DNA of 64,000 nt, from positions 4,694,444-4,758,443 of the forward strand of contig NZ_CP157794.1 in NCBI RefSeq assembly GCF_040111675.1. The letters are read 5' to 3'. The position numbers and the translations under genes are program-made. Position 1 is the first letter of the stretch. Each line of letters opens with the position of its first letter. This document shows positions 54,806 to 63,233 of this stretch, piece after piece. The notes beneath the pieces were generated by a model. The model had not been told where the DNA came from. It did no database searches and saw nothing but the letters and a program-made list of their open reading frames with translations. This DNA is from Salinarimonas sp. (GTDB lineage Bacteria > Pseudomonadota > Alphaproteobacteria > Rhizobiales > Beijerinckiaceae).

Positions 54806-55905
54806 CGGGCGGCCTCCGCGAGGGGTACGAGGTCGTCGGCGACCGGTCCGACGACGAAGGCGCCGCGCCGGTTGATGGCGTCGAGGCGCGCGATGTCGGC
54901 CTCGAGCACCTCGAGCGCGGCGTGCGCGAGGAAGACCGTGGCGCCGTAGCTGTAGCCGTCGAAGGTGGGCGCCGCCCGCGCGCCGAGGGCGGGCTCCTGG
55001 TAGAGGTAGCGATAGGTCGGCAGGCGCCGGATCTCGGGCAGGTCCGGCAGGTCGAGGAGCACGCCTTCCTCGTCGACGACGAAGGAATAGTCGGCGACGA
55101 AGCCCTCCGGCTCCGGCGTGTCGGGGAGCGCGGTCTCGAAGCCGTGCGCGCGGGCGCGCTCGAACAGCGCGCGCTGCCCCGGCTGCCCGCCGAGGCGGCA
55201 CAGCGCCGGCAGCGGCTCCGTCGCGAGACGCGGCGCGGCCTTGACCAGCCGCGCCCCGCCGGCTTGCGTGAGCACGAGCTCGAAATGCACGGGCCCGGCG
55301 AGGATGCCCAAGGCCCGCGCGAGGCGCCCGAGCCGCTCCGTGAGATCGGCCGGCAGCGCCGCGCGCGGCAGGTTGACGACGCTCGCGAGAATGTCGCGGC
55401 AGCCGATCGGCATCAGGATGCAGCGCCAGACGTCGGCGAGGGCGAGGCGCCCGCCCGACACGACGCCGTTGACGAAGATCGGCTGCCCGGGCTCGTGGAC
55501 GTGCGCGTGCAACGCCCCGCAGCGCGCGAGATAGGCGCGCTCGGCCGGGCTCGGCGGCCGGTCCGGGCCGATCACGAGGGCGGAGCCCTTGGACGAGGCG
55601 GAGAGCCGCGGGCGCACGACGAGCGTGCGCTCCGGCGCGGACGGCACGTCCTCGGCCCGGGCCTGGTCGACGGCCTCGAAGGCGAGGTCCGGCTCGACCT
55701 TCCGGACGAGCGCGTGCTGCAGGCTCTTGTCGCACAAGGCGGCCGGGTCGGCCTGCGGATTGAAGAAGCCGGCGCGGGCGTTGCGGGAGGCGGCCTCGAT
55801 CACCTGGGCGTCGGTCTCGGCCAGGGTGAACGGGCCGCGCGGCGTCGCGACCCGCACGAGGCCGGGCGCGAGCGTCTCGACGGGCGGAGCGATCCAGTCC
55901 GTCAC
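54802..55905 (-). CDS. second, divergent ATP-grasp-like ligase
   Basis: GTG 55905 (GTGA overlap) within ORF 54802-56463. 367 aa. ATP-grasp C-terminal pattern is present (GPVHFELVLTQAGGARLVKAAPRL). Confidence 0.7.
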   Translation of the reverse strand: MTDWIAPPVETLAPGLVRVATPRGPFTLAETDAQVIEAASRNARAGFFNPQADPAALCDKSLQHALVRKVEPDLAFEAVDQARAEDVPSAPERTLVVRPRLSASSKGSALVIGPDRPPSPAERAYLARCGALHAHVHEPGQPIFVNGVVSGGRLALADVWRCILMPIGCRDILASVVNLPRAALPADLTERLGRLARALGILAGPVHFELVLTQAGGARLVKAAPRLATEPLPALCRLGGQPGQRALFERARAHGFETALPDTPEPEGFVADYSFVVDEEGVLLDLPDLPEIRRLPTYRYLYQEPALGARAAPTFDGYSYGATVFLAHAALEVLEADIARLDAINRRGAFVVGPVADDLVPLAEAAR

Positions 55906-56651
55906 AGCCCGAGCTCCGCGCGCGTCTGGCCCTCGAAATGGATGCGCCGCACGCCGCCGTCGCGCGGCTGCGTCAGCGCGAAGCGCACGGCGTTCCAGAT
56001 CGCCGGCTCGCCCAGCAGCGACCCGGGCGCCCGCGGCGCGTACCAGTCCGGCGACAGCGGCTCGACGTTGTCGAAGTCCGGCGGGAACAGGCCCGTGACG
56101 CGGATGCCCTCCGGCGCGAGCCGCGCGCCGAGCACGTCGCAGAAGCCGGCCACGCCGTGCTTGGCGGCGTAGAAGGCCGGGTGCGCGTTCGAGCGCAGGT
56201 AGCCCGGCTCGCCGCAGACCGAGACCATGGCGAGGATGTCCGCCTGCCCGGCCCGTCGCAGCGCGGGCAGGAGGCGCTTCGTGAGGATCATGGCGCCGGT
56301 CAGGCTGGAGCTCACCGTGTCCGCGATGTCGGCGTCGTCGACCTCGTCGAGCTCGCCTTCGAGCCAGCGTGCGGCGTTCAGGACGAGGACGTCCACGCCG
56401 GAGCCGTCGCCAGCCACGGCCTCGGCGAAGGCCGAGACGGATTCGGGATCGGAGACGTCGCAAGCGTGCGCCCGCGCCCTGCCGCCACGGTCGCGGATCG
56501 TCATGGCCACGGCCTCGGCGGCGTCGCGGTCGCGCGCCGAGAGCTCGACGGCGCCCCCCTCGGCCGCGAACATGATCGCGAGCGTGCGCCCGAAGTCGCG
56601 GCCCGCTCCGGTGATGACGATGCGCTTGCCGGCGAAGGGTGCGGCGCTCAT
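55902..56651 (-). CDS. SDR-family oxidoreductase
   Basis: ATG 56651 (ATGA overlap) within ORF 55902-58271. 249 aa with ITGAGRDFG and YAAKHG motifs. Confidence 0.85.
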   Translation of the reverse strand: MSAAPFAGKRIVITGAGRDFGRTLAIMFAAEGGAVELSARDRDAAEAVAMTIRDRGGRARAHACDVSDPESVSAFAEAVAGDGSGVDVLVLNAARWLEGELDEVDDADIADTVSSSLTGAMILTKRLLPALRRAGQADILAMVSVCGEPGYLRSNAHPAFYAAKHGVAGFCDVLGARLAPEGIRVTGLFPPDFDNVEPLSPDWYAPRAPGSLLGEPAIWNAVRFALTQPRDGGVRRIHFEGQTRAELGL

Positions 56652-57415
56652 GCGGCGGTCTCCTCGTGCGTTGCGGCGGACTGGTCCGGGACGGTGTGGC
56701 TGCCCGACGCGTTCTCGGCGTAGAGCGTGGTGGCGATGTAGGCGGCGGCGCCGGGTCCCCAGCGCTCCGGGGAGACGTAGTCGTCGTGCTCGTCGGGCAG
56801 GCACTCCGCCAGCATGCGGGTGTTGATGCCGCCGCCGGGATCGAGCGCCACGGCGCGCACGCCTTCGGGCAGGTCGTGCCGGAGCGTGTCGACGATCCCC
56901 TCGACCGCGAACTTGCTCGCGCAATAGGGGCCGAGCCCCCAATCGGCGCTGCGTCCCCAGCCCGAGCTCGTGGCGACGAACAGCCCCGACCCGGCGGCGA
57001 TCATCGCCGGCAGGAAGGCCCGCGCCGTGATCGCCACGCCGAGGACGTTGACGTCGAGCACGCGACGCCATTGCGCCGTCTCGATCTCCCATACCGGCCG
57101 GCGCGGGTTGATCACCCCCGCATTGGCGACGACGAGGTCCGGCGCGCCCTCCCGGCAGGCCTCCTCGGCGAAGCGCGCCATCGCATCCTCGTCGGTGACG
57201 GAGGCGACGTGCACGAGGTGGCCCGGGCCGAGCGCGTCGGCGACCGCGCGCAGGCGCGCGGCGTCGGTGGCGCAGCCGGCGACGACGGCGCCGCGCGCGG
57301 CGAAGGCCCGCGCCAGGGCGAGCCCGAGGCCCTCCGAGACGCCGGTGATCACGACCCTGCGCGGCTCGGCCGGCGCAGGGTCTCGGGTGGCGGACGCAGT
57401 GGACGCGGTCGACAT
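56648..57415 (-). CDS. SDR-family oxidoreductase
   Basis: 255-aa ORF with an RBS GGGAGA and the motifs VITGVSEGLG, NAGV and YCASKFA. Confidence 0.85.
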   Translation of the reverse strand: MSTASTASATRDPAPAEPRRVVITGVSEGLGLALARAFAARGAVVAGCATDAARLRAVADALGPGHLVHVASVTDEDAMARFAEEACREGAPDLVVANAGVINPRRPVWEIETAQWRRVLDVNVLGVAITARAFLPAMIAAGSGLFVATSSGWGRSADWGLGPYCASKFAVEGIVDTLRHDLPEGVRAVALDPGGGINTRMLAECLPDEHDDYVSPERWGPGAAAYIATTLYAENASGSHTVPDQSAATHEETAA

Positions 57416-57436
57416 GCGATCTCCCGTGGCTGGCTT

Positions 57437-58210
57437 TCAGGTCCGCGCGGGGGCGAGCCGCGCGATCGGGTCGAGGCTGCGGGCCGCGTAGGCCGGCGGG
57501 CCGTTGGCGGGCCAGGGGGACAGGACCGTCTCCGCCGACACGAGCGCGAGGCCCGAGACGAAGACGAACGGCACGCCGAGCGCGCGCGCCGCGTCCCTGT
57601 CGGCCACGGCGTCGCCGAACAGGACGGCCTCGTCCGGGCGCAGCCCGCGCTCGGCGAGGAGCGCGGCCATGGCCTCGGCCTTCGGCGTCGGCGTGCCGAT
57701 CACCGCGTCGAACGCGCCGGCGAAGCCGGCGGCGTCGAGGGCGCGCGCCGCTTCGGCCCCGACACCACCGGTGACGACGGCGCAGGGTCGGTGCGCCGCG
57801 CGCAGCATGCCGACGAGAGCCCGCGCGCCCGGCGCGGGCGCCGAGAGCGGGTAGCGCTCGGCGAGGAGCGCGGCGTAGGCCGCGGTGCGCGTCCGCACGA
57901 AATCCTCCGCATCCTCGGGTGCGCCACCCAGGATGCGGTGAAAGGTGGCGAAATGCTCGGCCCGGCCGCGGCCGAAATTGGCCGCGAAGGTGGCGAGGCA
58001 GGCCTCGCGCTTCTCCGCCGGCGCGTCCGCGAGCACGTCCGCCACCGCATCGAGCTTGACCCGGTTGGCGTCGAGCAGCACGCCGTCGCAGTCGAAGAAG
58101 GCCATCGCCGCCGCGCGGGCGATCTCGCCCACGCTGCGCGGCTCGCTGCCGGGCTCGAGGTCGGGAGCCCCGGAGAGCGGCTGGCGGCCGGCGGCCGCGA
58201 GCGCGCTCAC
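57437..58210 (-). CDS. HAD-superfamily hydrolase
   Basis: 257-aa ORF (GTG start, GTGA overlap with the upstream stop). Motif I is FFDCDGVLLD and the late motif is FGDAVADRDAA. An internal ATG at 58105 is an alternative start. Confidence 0.75.
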   Translation of the reverse strand: MSALAAAGRQPLSGAPDLEPGSEPRSVGEIARAAAMAFFDCDGVLLDANRVKLDAVADVLADAPAEKREACLATFAANFGRGRAEHFATFHRILGGAPEDAEDFVRTRTAAYAALLAERYPLSAPAPGARALVGMLRAAHRPCAVVTGGVGAEAARALDAAGFAGAFDAVIGTPTPKAEAMAALLAERGLRPDEAVLFGDAVADRDAARALGVPFVFVSGLALVSAETVLSPWPANGPPAYAARSLDPIARLAPART

Positions 58211-59247
58211 GACGCCCTCCGCGCGGACTCGAGGAGACCGGCGTCGTAGCGGCCCTTGGGGGACGACGCAACGAGCCGGTCGAGAACGGCGAAGCGATCG
58301 AGATCGGTCATGGCGGCGTCCTCGGCGAGCTTCTGGGCGTAGGTCGGATGCAGGCCGACGCGGGCCTGCCAGCGGTAGAGCGGCGTCGCGCCCCAGCGGC
58401 TCTCGGCGCGCAGAGGCTCGACGTGGCGGGCGAGGAAGCGATCGCAGGCGGCGAGCGCCTCCGGCGTCGGCGCGGAATCGAGAAGAAGCCGCACCGTCTC
58501 GGTCGCCGCGTTGCCGGCGCCGCGGCCCAGCCCGCCCATGGTCGCGTCCACCATCCGAGCGCCCGCCTCGATCGCCGCCTGCGTGTTGGCGACGGCGAGG
58601 CCGATATTGTCGTGGGCATGGAAGCCGAGCGGGGTGGCGAGGGCGGCGCCGACGGTCTCGAACAGGCGGGTCACGTCCGCCGGCCGCATGCGCCCGAAGC
58701 TGTCGGCGAAGTACAGCGCCTGGATCGGCGCCTCGCCGAGGCGCCCGGGCAGCTCGGCGGCGAGCTGCTCGGGCGGCAGGTCGGCCGCCTGCATCAGGTT
58801 GACGATCGGGGTGATTCCGCGCGCCGCGAGCGCCGTCGCGACCGCGGCCGCGCCCGCGAGCCCGTCCATGCGGGTCGCGACGCGCACGGTCTCGATCGTG
58901 ACCGGCGCCTCGGAGAGGCGCTCGGCCACGCGGTCCGCCGCCTCCTCGGGCGCGACCCGCGCGGCGTCGGCCGCATCGACCATGACGGCCGCCGAGACCC
59001 GAGGGGCCTCGGCGAGGAGCGCGCGCTGCGCCAGCGTGAGGGAGCGCGGCAGGTCCGCGTAGTCGCCCGACGGCGCAGCCGGGGTCGGCGCCGCCACCCG
59101 CAGGTAGCCGAGCTCGACACGGTCGACGCCGAGCGCGGCGCAGACCGTGAGCCAGTCCGCCACGAACCCGTCCGAGAAGCGCCAGTCCGTCTGGTAGCCG
59201 CCGTCGCGCAGGGTGCAGTCGAGGAGGAGCGGGCGCGGGCGGGTCAT
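58207..59247 (-). CDS. HMGL-like / DRE-TIM metallolyase (pyruvate-carboxyltransferase-type aldolase)
   Basis: 346-aa ORF with an ATGA overlap and the motifs LLDCTLRDGG and GFHAHDNIGLAVANTQAAIEAGARMVDATMGGLGRGAGNA. Confidence 0.8.
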   Translation of the reverse strand: MTRPRPLLLDCTLRDGGYQTDWRFSDGFVADWLTVCAALGVDRVELGYLRVAAPTPAAPSGDYADLPRSLTLAQRALLAEAPRVSAAVMVDAADAARVAPEEAADRVAERLSEAPVTIETVRVATRMDGLAGAAAVATALAARGITPIVNLMQAADLPPEQLAAELPGRLGEAPIQALYFADSFGRMRPADVTRLFETVGAALATPLGFHAHDNIGLAVANTQAAIEAGARMVDATMGGLGRGAGNAATETVRLLLDSAPTPEALAACDRFLARHVEPLRAESRWGATPLYRWQARVGLHPTYAQKLAEDAAMTDLDRFAVLDRLVASSPKGRYDAGLLESARRAS

Positions 59248-59627
59248 TCGGCCGCCTCCCGCGCGCCGGACCCCGCGGGGCGGCTCCAGTTGAAGATCGG
59301 GTCCAGGCGATACCAGTTGAGCGCCGTGTCGTTGCCCTCGATGCGGCGCAGCAGCTCGCCGTGCATCAGGTCGTCCCAGCGCTGGACGACGGGGTGCATC
59401 GCCAGCGCGCGGGTGAAGTCCCGCTGCGGGTCGAAGCCCTCCTCGGCCTCGACCTGCATGAACAGCGTGCGCGGCGGCAGGAGGTGGATCGACATGGCGC
59501 GCAGGCCGATGGCGTCGAGCGCGCCGCCCGGGCCGGAGATCTCGGGGGGGACGGCGCGATGGGCCTCGCGATAGCGCGCGAGCGCCTCGTCGGACACGAC
59601 CTCGATGGCGAAACCGATGCGAATCAT
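59244..59627 (-). CDS. L-rhamnose mutarotase (RhaM/DUF718) family protein
   Basis: ATG 59627 (ATGA overlap) within ORF 59244-59801. 127 aa: MIRIGFAIEVVSDEALARYREAHRAVPPEI...LFMQVEAEEGFD...HPVVQRWDDLM. Confidence 0.7.
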   Translation of the reverse strand: MIRIGFAIEVVSDEALARYREAHRAVPPEISGPGGALDAIGLRAMSIHLLPPRTLFMQVEAEEGFDPQRDFTRALAMHPVVQRWDDLMHGELLRRIEGNDTALNWYRLDPIFNWSRPAGSGAREAAE

Positions 59628-60562
59628 GCTGCCTCTCCCATGTCGGCGGCGGTGGTCACGGTGGCGAGCAGCCGGTCGTAGACGGTCTCGACCTCGGCGA
59701 GCGTCTCCGGGTCGACGTGGTAGTCGAGCGGCGGGCGGATGTCGGTGCGCTCGATGAGGCCACGGCGATGCAGGAGGTGCTTCGAGATCCCGAGATAGCA
59801 ATCTATGCTATTCATCATGTGACACATCAAGTACGAAAGCGGGTAGGCGATCTCGCGCGCCTCGCGCTCGCGCCCGGCCTCGAGAAGCCGCCAGAGGCGA
59901 ACCGTGATCTCGGCGATCTCGGTGGCGGGGATGACGCCGGCGAGGCCGCGGCGATAGGTGTCGGCGAGCATCATTCCGCCGTCGCCCTCGAAGATCCGCG
60001 CCTTGCCGCCGGTGGCCTCGCGCAGGAGCGAGACGCGCGGCGGGGTGGGCGCCGATTCGGGCTTGAACTGCACCTTCTCCGGCCCGTAGGCGGCTAACAG
60101 ACGCGCCTGCACCGCGATGGAGAGCGGCCGCTTGGCCAGGCTCTTGGCGTGGTGGACGAGGATCGGCAGGCCGACGGAGTCGATGACCGCCGCGAAGTAG
60201 CGGTACATTTCCTCGTCATCGAGGGCCATGATCGAGGGATGCATCACGAGGAGCGCGTCGCAGCCCGCCTTCTCGGCCTGGCGCGAGAACTCGATCGCCT
60301 CGCGAATGCTTTCTCCGCCCGTGCTCATCACCGAGACGCCGCGCGCGCCGCAGCTCTCGGCGAGCAGCTCCGCGACCCGGAAGCGCTCCGCGGTCGTCAG
60401 GCGCGAGACCTCCGAGACCTGGCCGACGACGACCCCGCTGCAGCCCACGTCGAGCATGTGCCCGACCTGCCTGCGAAAATCGGCCTCGTGGACGTCGCCG
60501 CGTTCGTCGTAGGGCATGATGACGACGGGAAGAACTCCCGCGAGAGCTTTTGCGCTGGTCAT
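59624..60562 (-). CDS. DapA/DHDPS/NAL-family class I aldolase
   Basis: 312-aa ORF with an RBS AAGGAA. Family pattern is present, with the Schiff-base Lys in VQFKPES. It is the first gene of the minus-strand operon. Confidence 0.85.
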   Translation of the reverse strand: MTSAKALAGVLPVVIMPYDERGDVHEADFRRQVGHMLDVGCSGVVVGQVSEVSRLTTAERFRVAELLAESCGARGVSVMSTGGESIREAIEFSRQAEKAGCDALLVMHPSIMALDDEEMYRYFAAVIDSVGLPILVHHAKSLAKRPLSIAVQARLLAAYGPEKVQFKPESAPTPPRVSLLREATGGKARIFEGDGGMMLADTYRRGLAGVIPATEIAEITVRLWRLLEAGREREAREIAYPLSYLMCHMMNSIDCYLGISKHLLHRRGLIERTDIRPPLDYHVDPETLAEVETVYDRLLATVTTAADMGEAA

Positions 60563-60700
60563 ACCTGTTCCTTTGGGTAGCGGTGAGAGGCTGGCCGCAA
60601 CACGCAGGCAAGCGGATCAGCGAGATAGAATGGCAATCAAAGCGTGTCAATCTAAAATTTTTGATCGGAGCGCATTGCTCAGCTGCACAATCTGCGATAC
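60563..60700. promoter_or_regulatory. divergent promoter region of the putative biosynthetic cluster
   Basis: Minus strand: TTGACA (60645-60650), a 17-nt spacer, then TATCTC (60622-60627). Plus strand: TTGATC (60661-66). The AT-rich stretch TCTAAAATTTTTGATC lies between the two -35 elements. Confidence 0.5.
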
Positions 60701-62080
60701 ATGACCGGGAACGTAGATGCTGCGCCGCACGGGCGCGGCCCAACTCCGGAGGCGCGAAACGTGCGGACGGCTCCCACTGTGCTCGATCTCGTCGGCGTCG
60801 GCTTCGGCCCGGCGAACCTCGCCCTGGCACTGGCGCTGGAAGAAGACGCTTCTTCGAGCCGCAGCGCCTATTCCAGACTCTTCCTCGAAGCGAAGAGAGA
60901 CTTCTCGTGGCACAAAGGGATGCTGCTCGACGGCGCCACGATGCAGATCTCCTTCCTGAAGGATCTCGTCACGCAACGCAACCCGCAGAGCCCTCACAGC
61001 TTCCTGTGCTATCTCAAGGACCGCGGCCGGCTGGCCGACTTCCTGAACCTCAAGGACTTCTTTCCGACCCGGCTCGAGTTCCACGACTATTTCAAATGGT
61101 GCTCGGAGGCCGTCGGTCCCGTGGTCCGCTACAACCAGAAAGTCCTCTCCGTGGATCTGGCGACGCCGGGCGGCGCGGCGGTCGCCACGCTCGCCGTGAC
61201 GGCGCGCGGGGCCGACGGAACGGAGCGTACGCATTTCACCCGCGCCGTGTCGCTGGCGATGGGTCTCGCGCCGCGCCTGCCGCTCGGGCTCGCGGCCGGG
61301 CCCCGTGTCTGGCATACGAGCGATCTCCTTCCGCGGACCACCGCCCTCGCGCCGTCGGCGAGCCCGCGCTTCGCCGTGGTCGGCGCCGGCCAGAGCGCGG
61401 CCGAGGCGGTCGAGCACCTGCTCGCGCGCTTCCCGGATGCACGCGTGCACACGATCATGAGCCGGCTCGGTTTCACGCCCTCCGACGATACGCCCTTCGT
61501 CAACCGGGTGTTCGATCCGACCATGGTCGACAGCTATCACGCCATGTCGCCGGAGCTGCGGTCGCACGTCCGCTCGACGCACGCCAACACCAATTACAGC
61601 GTCGTCGACCAGGACCTGATCGCCGCGCTCTACAAGCGCTGGTACGCCGATCGGGTGGCGGGGCGCGAGCGTCTCGTGCTGGAGCCGCTCTCGCGCCTGA
61701 CCGACGTCGAGGAGACCGCGGACGGGCTGCGGCTCGGCCTCGCGGCGGCGGCCGGGCCCGGAACCCGCGCGCTCGAGGTCGACTACCTCGTCTGCGCCAC
61801 CGGCTACGACCCCGTCTCGCCCGACGCGGTGCTCTCGCCCGCCTTGAGCGCGCTCGTCGAGCGCGACGCCTCCGGCGCCCCGATCATCGAGCGCGACTAC
61901 CGCCTGCGCACCCGCGCGCCGCTCCTCGCCCCGATCTACGTCCAGGGCGACTGCGAGGCGAGCCACGGCCTCTCGGCGACGCTGCTGTCCAACCTCGCGC
62001 CGCGAGCCGGGGAGATCCGCGACAGCCTCGCGGCGTACCTGGCCGGGCTCCAGGAGGAGGCGCGCTATGCCAGCGCCTGA
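60701..62080 (+). CDS. lysine/ornithine N-monooxygenase (SidA/IucD/PvdA family flavoprotein)
   Basis: 459-aa ORF with FAD motif GVGFGPANLALA, NADPH motif VVGAGQSAAE and the family pattern ...MQISFLKDLVT...DYLVCATGY. Confidence 0.9.
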   Translation: MTGNVDAAPHGRGPTPEARNVRTAPTVLDLVGVGFGPANLALALALEEDASSSRSAYSRLFLEAKRDFSWHKGMLLDGATMQISFLKDLVTQRNPQSPHSFLCYLKDRGRLADFLNLKDFFPTRLEFHDYFKWCSEAVGPVVRYNQKVLSVDLATPGGAAVATLAVTARGADGTERTHFTRAVSLAMGLAPRLPLGLAAGPRVWHTSDLLPRTTALAPSASPRFAVVGAGQSAAEAVEHLLARFPDARVHTIMSRLGFTPSDDTPFVNRVFDPTMVDSYHAMSPELRSHVRSTHANTNYSVVDQDLIAALYKRWYADRVAGRERLVLEPLSRLTDVEETADGLRLGLAAAAGPGTRALEVDYLVCATGYDPVSPDAVLSPALSALVERDASGAPIIERDYRLRTRAPLLAPIYVQGDCEASHGLSATLLSNLAPRAGEIRDSLAAYLAGLQEEARYASA

Positions 62081-63146
62081 GCGCGAGACGGTGGTGATCG
62101 GCGCCGGCGTGATCGGCGCCGCCGCGGCGCTCGCCCTGCGCCGGGCGGGACGCGCCGTCGCGCTGCTCGACGCCGATCGGGTCGCCGCCGGTGCGAGCGG
62201 CTGGTCGGGAGGCGTGGCGCGCGTGTTCCACCTCGACGCCGAGGAGGCCGCCCGCGCCGCCTACGGCCTGCCGATCCTGCGCGACCTCGCACGCGCCATC
62301 GGCGTGGGCGTGCCCTTCCACGAGACGGGCTACCTCTACTTCCCGAAGCCGCAGGACCGGGAGGCGGCGCTCGCCGCCGCGCGCGCCCTCGCGCCGGAGC
62401 ACGGAACGGAATTCGTCGGCGCCGGCCAGCTCGCGACCCTCTATCCCGGGCTCGCCCTGTCGGGCGAGGGGGCGATCCACGAGCCGCGGGCCGGCTTCGC
62501 CGATCCCCGCGCCGTCGCTCTCGCCTATGCGGAGGCCTTCGTGCGCGCCGGCGGCCGGTCGCTCGAGGGCGTCCGCGTCGGGGCGCTCGCGCCCGACGCC
62601 GGCGGCGTGCGGCTCGAGACGACGCTCGGCCCGATCCACGCCGACCAGGTGGTGCTCGCAGCCGGCTACGCGACGCCCGGCATGCTCGACGCGCTCGGCG
62701 TCGCCCACGACCTGTTCTCCCGTTCCATCCAAGTGACGCTGTTCGAGCCGCCGCATCGGATCGTCGCGCCCGCCTTCACGGACGAGGAGCTCGACGTCTA
62801 CGGCAAGCCCGATCCGGCGAGCGGAGGCCTCTACGTCGGCGCGCCGACCACGGCCGAGAGCCGCGGCGAGATCGCCGCAGAGCCCGTGGACGCCGACCAC
62901 GTCGGGCGGACGATGGCGGCGGCCCGCGACCGCTTCGGCTGGATGGACGCCGCGCGCCCGCGCGGCGGCCTGCGCCACGCCGACTGCTACAGCGCGCGCG
63001 GACGCGGCGAGGTGTTCCGCCTGCCGGGCGCGCTGTCGCGCATCGTCGTCGCCGCCGGCTTCTCCGGCGGAGGCTTCAAGATGGCGCCGTGGGCCGGCGA
63101 AGCCGCCGCGGCGCTCGTCGCGGAGCGCGCCGCCGACGCCGCCTGA
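62067..63146 (+). CDS. FAD-dependent oxidoreductase (DAO / glycine-oxidase-like)
   Basis: 359-aa ORF with an RBS AGGAGGAGG, the N-terminal motif VVIGAGVIGAAAALAL and C-terminal GFSGGGFKMAP. Confidence 0.85.
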   Translation: MPAPERETVVIGAGVIGAAAALALRRAGRAVALLDADRVAAGASGWSGGVARVFHLDAEEAARAAYGLPILRDLARAIGVGVPFHETGYLYFPKPQDREAALAAARALAPEHGTEFVGAGQLATLYPGLALSGEGAIHEPRAGFADPRAVALAYAEAFVRAGGRSLEGVRVGALAPDAGGVRLETTLGPIHADQVVLAAGYATPGMLDALGVAHDLFSRSIQVTLFEPPHRIVAPAFTDEELDVYGKPDPASGGLYVGAPTTAESRGEIAAEPVDADHVGRTMAAARDRFGWMDAARPRGGLRHADCYSARGRGEVFRLPGALSRIVVAAGFSGGGFKMAPWAGEAAAALVAERAADAA

Positions 63147-63233
63147 CCCCGATCCCCCGCTTCCCGCTTCTCGATCGTCTCGACCCACGCGCGGCCGGCC
63201 GCGCGCCGTCAGGCCAGCTCTCGGAGACCAGAC

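Noticed and set aside
53564-55905. Two ATP-grasp genes as a graspetide (microviridin-like) RiPP system
   Set aside because: There is no plausible precursor-peptide ORF in the operon or in the 138-bp upstream spacer (only a 7-codon ORF). The ATP-grasp proteins look like L-amino-acid-ligase types.
60701-62080. N-monooxygenase as part of a hydroxamate siderophore cluster
   Set aside because: The window contains no IucA/IucC-type synthetase, acyltransferase, NRPS or siderophore receptor next to it. The downstream DAO-like and cupin-MetRS-like genes fit the hydrazine cassette instead. Genes beyond 64000 could still change this.
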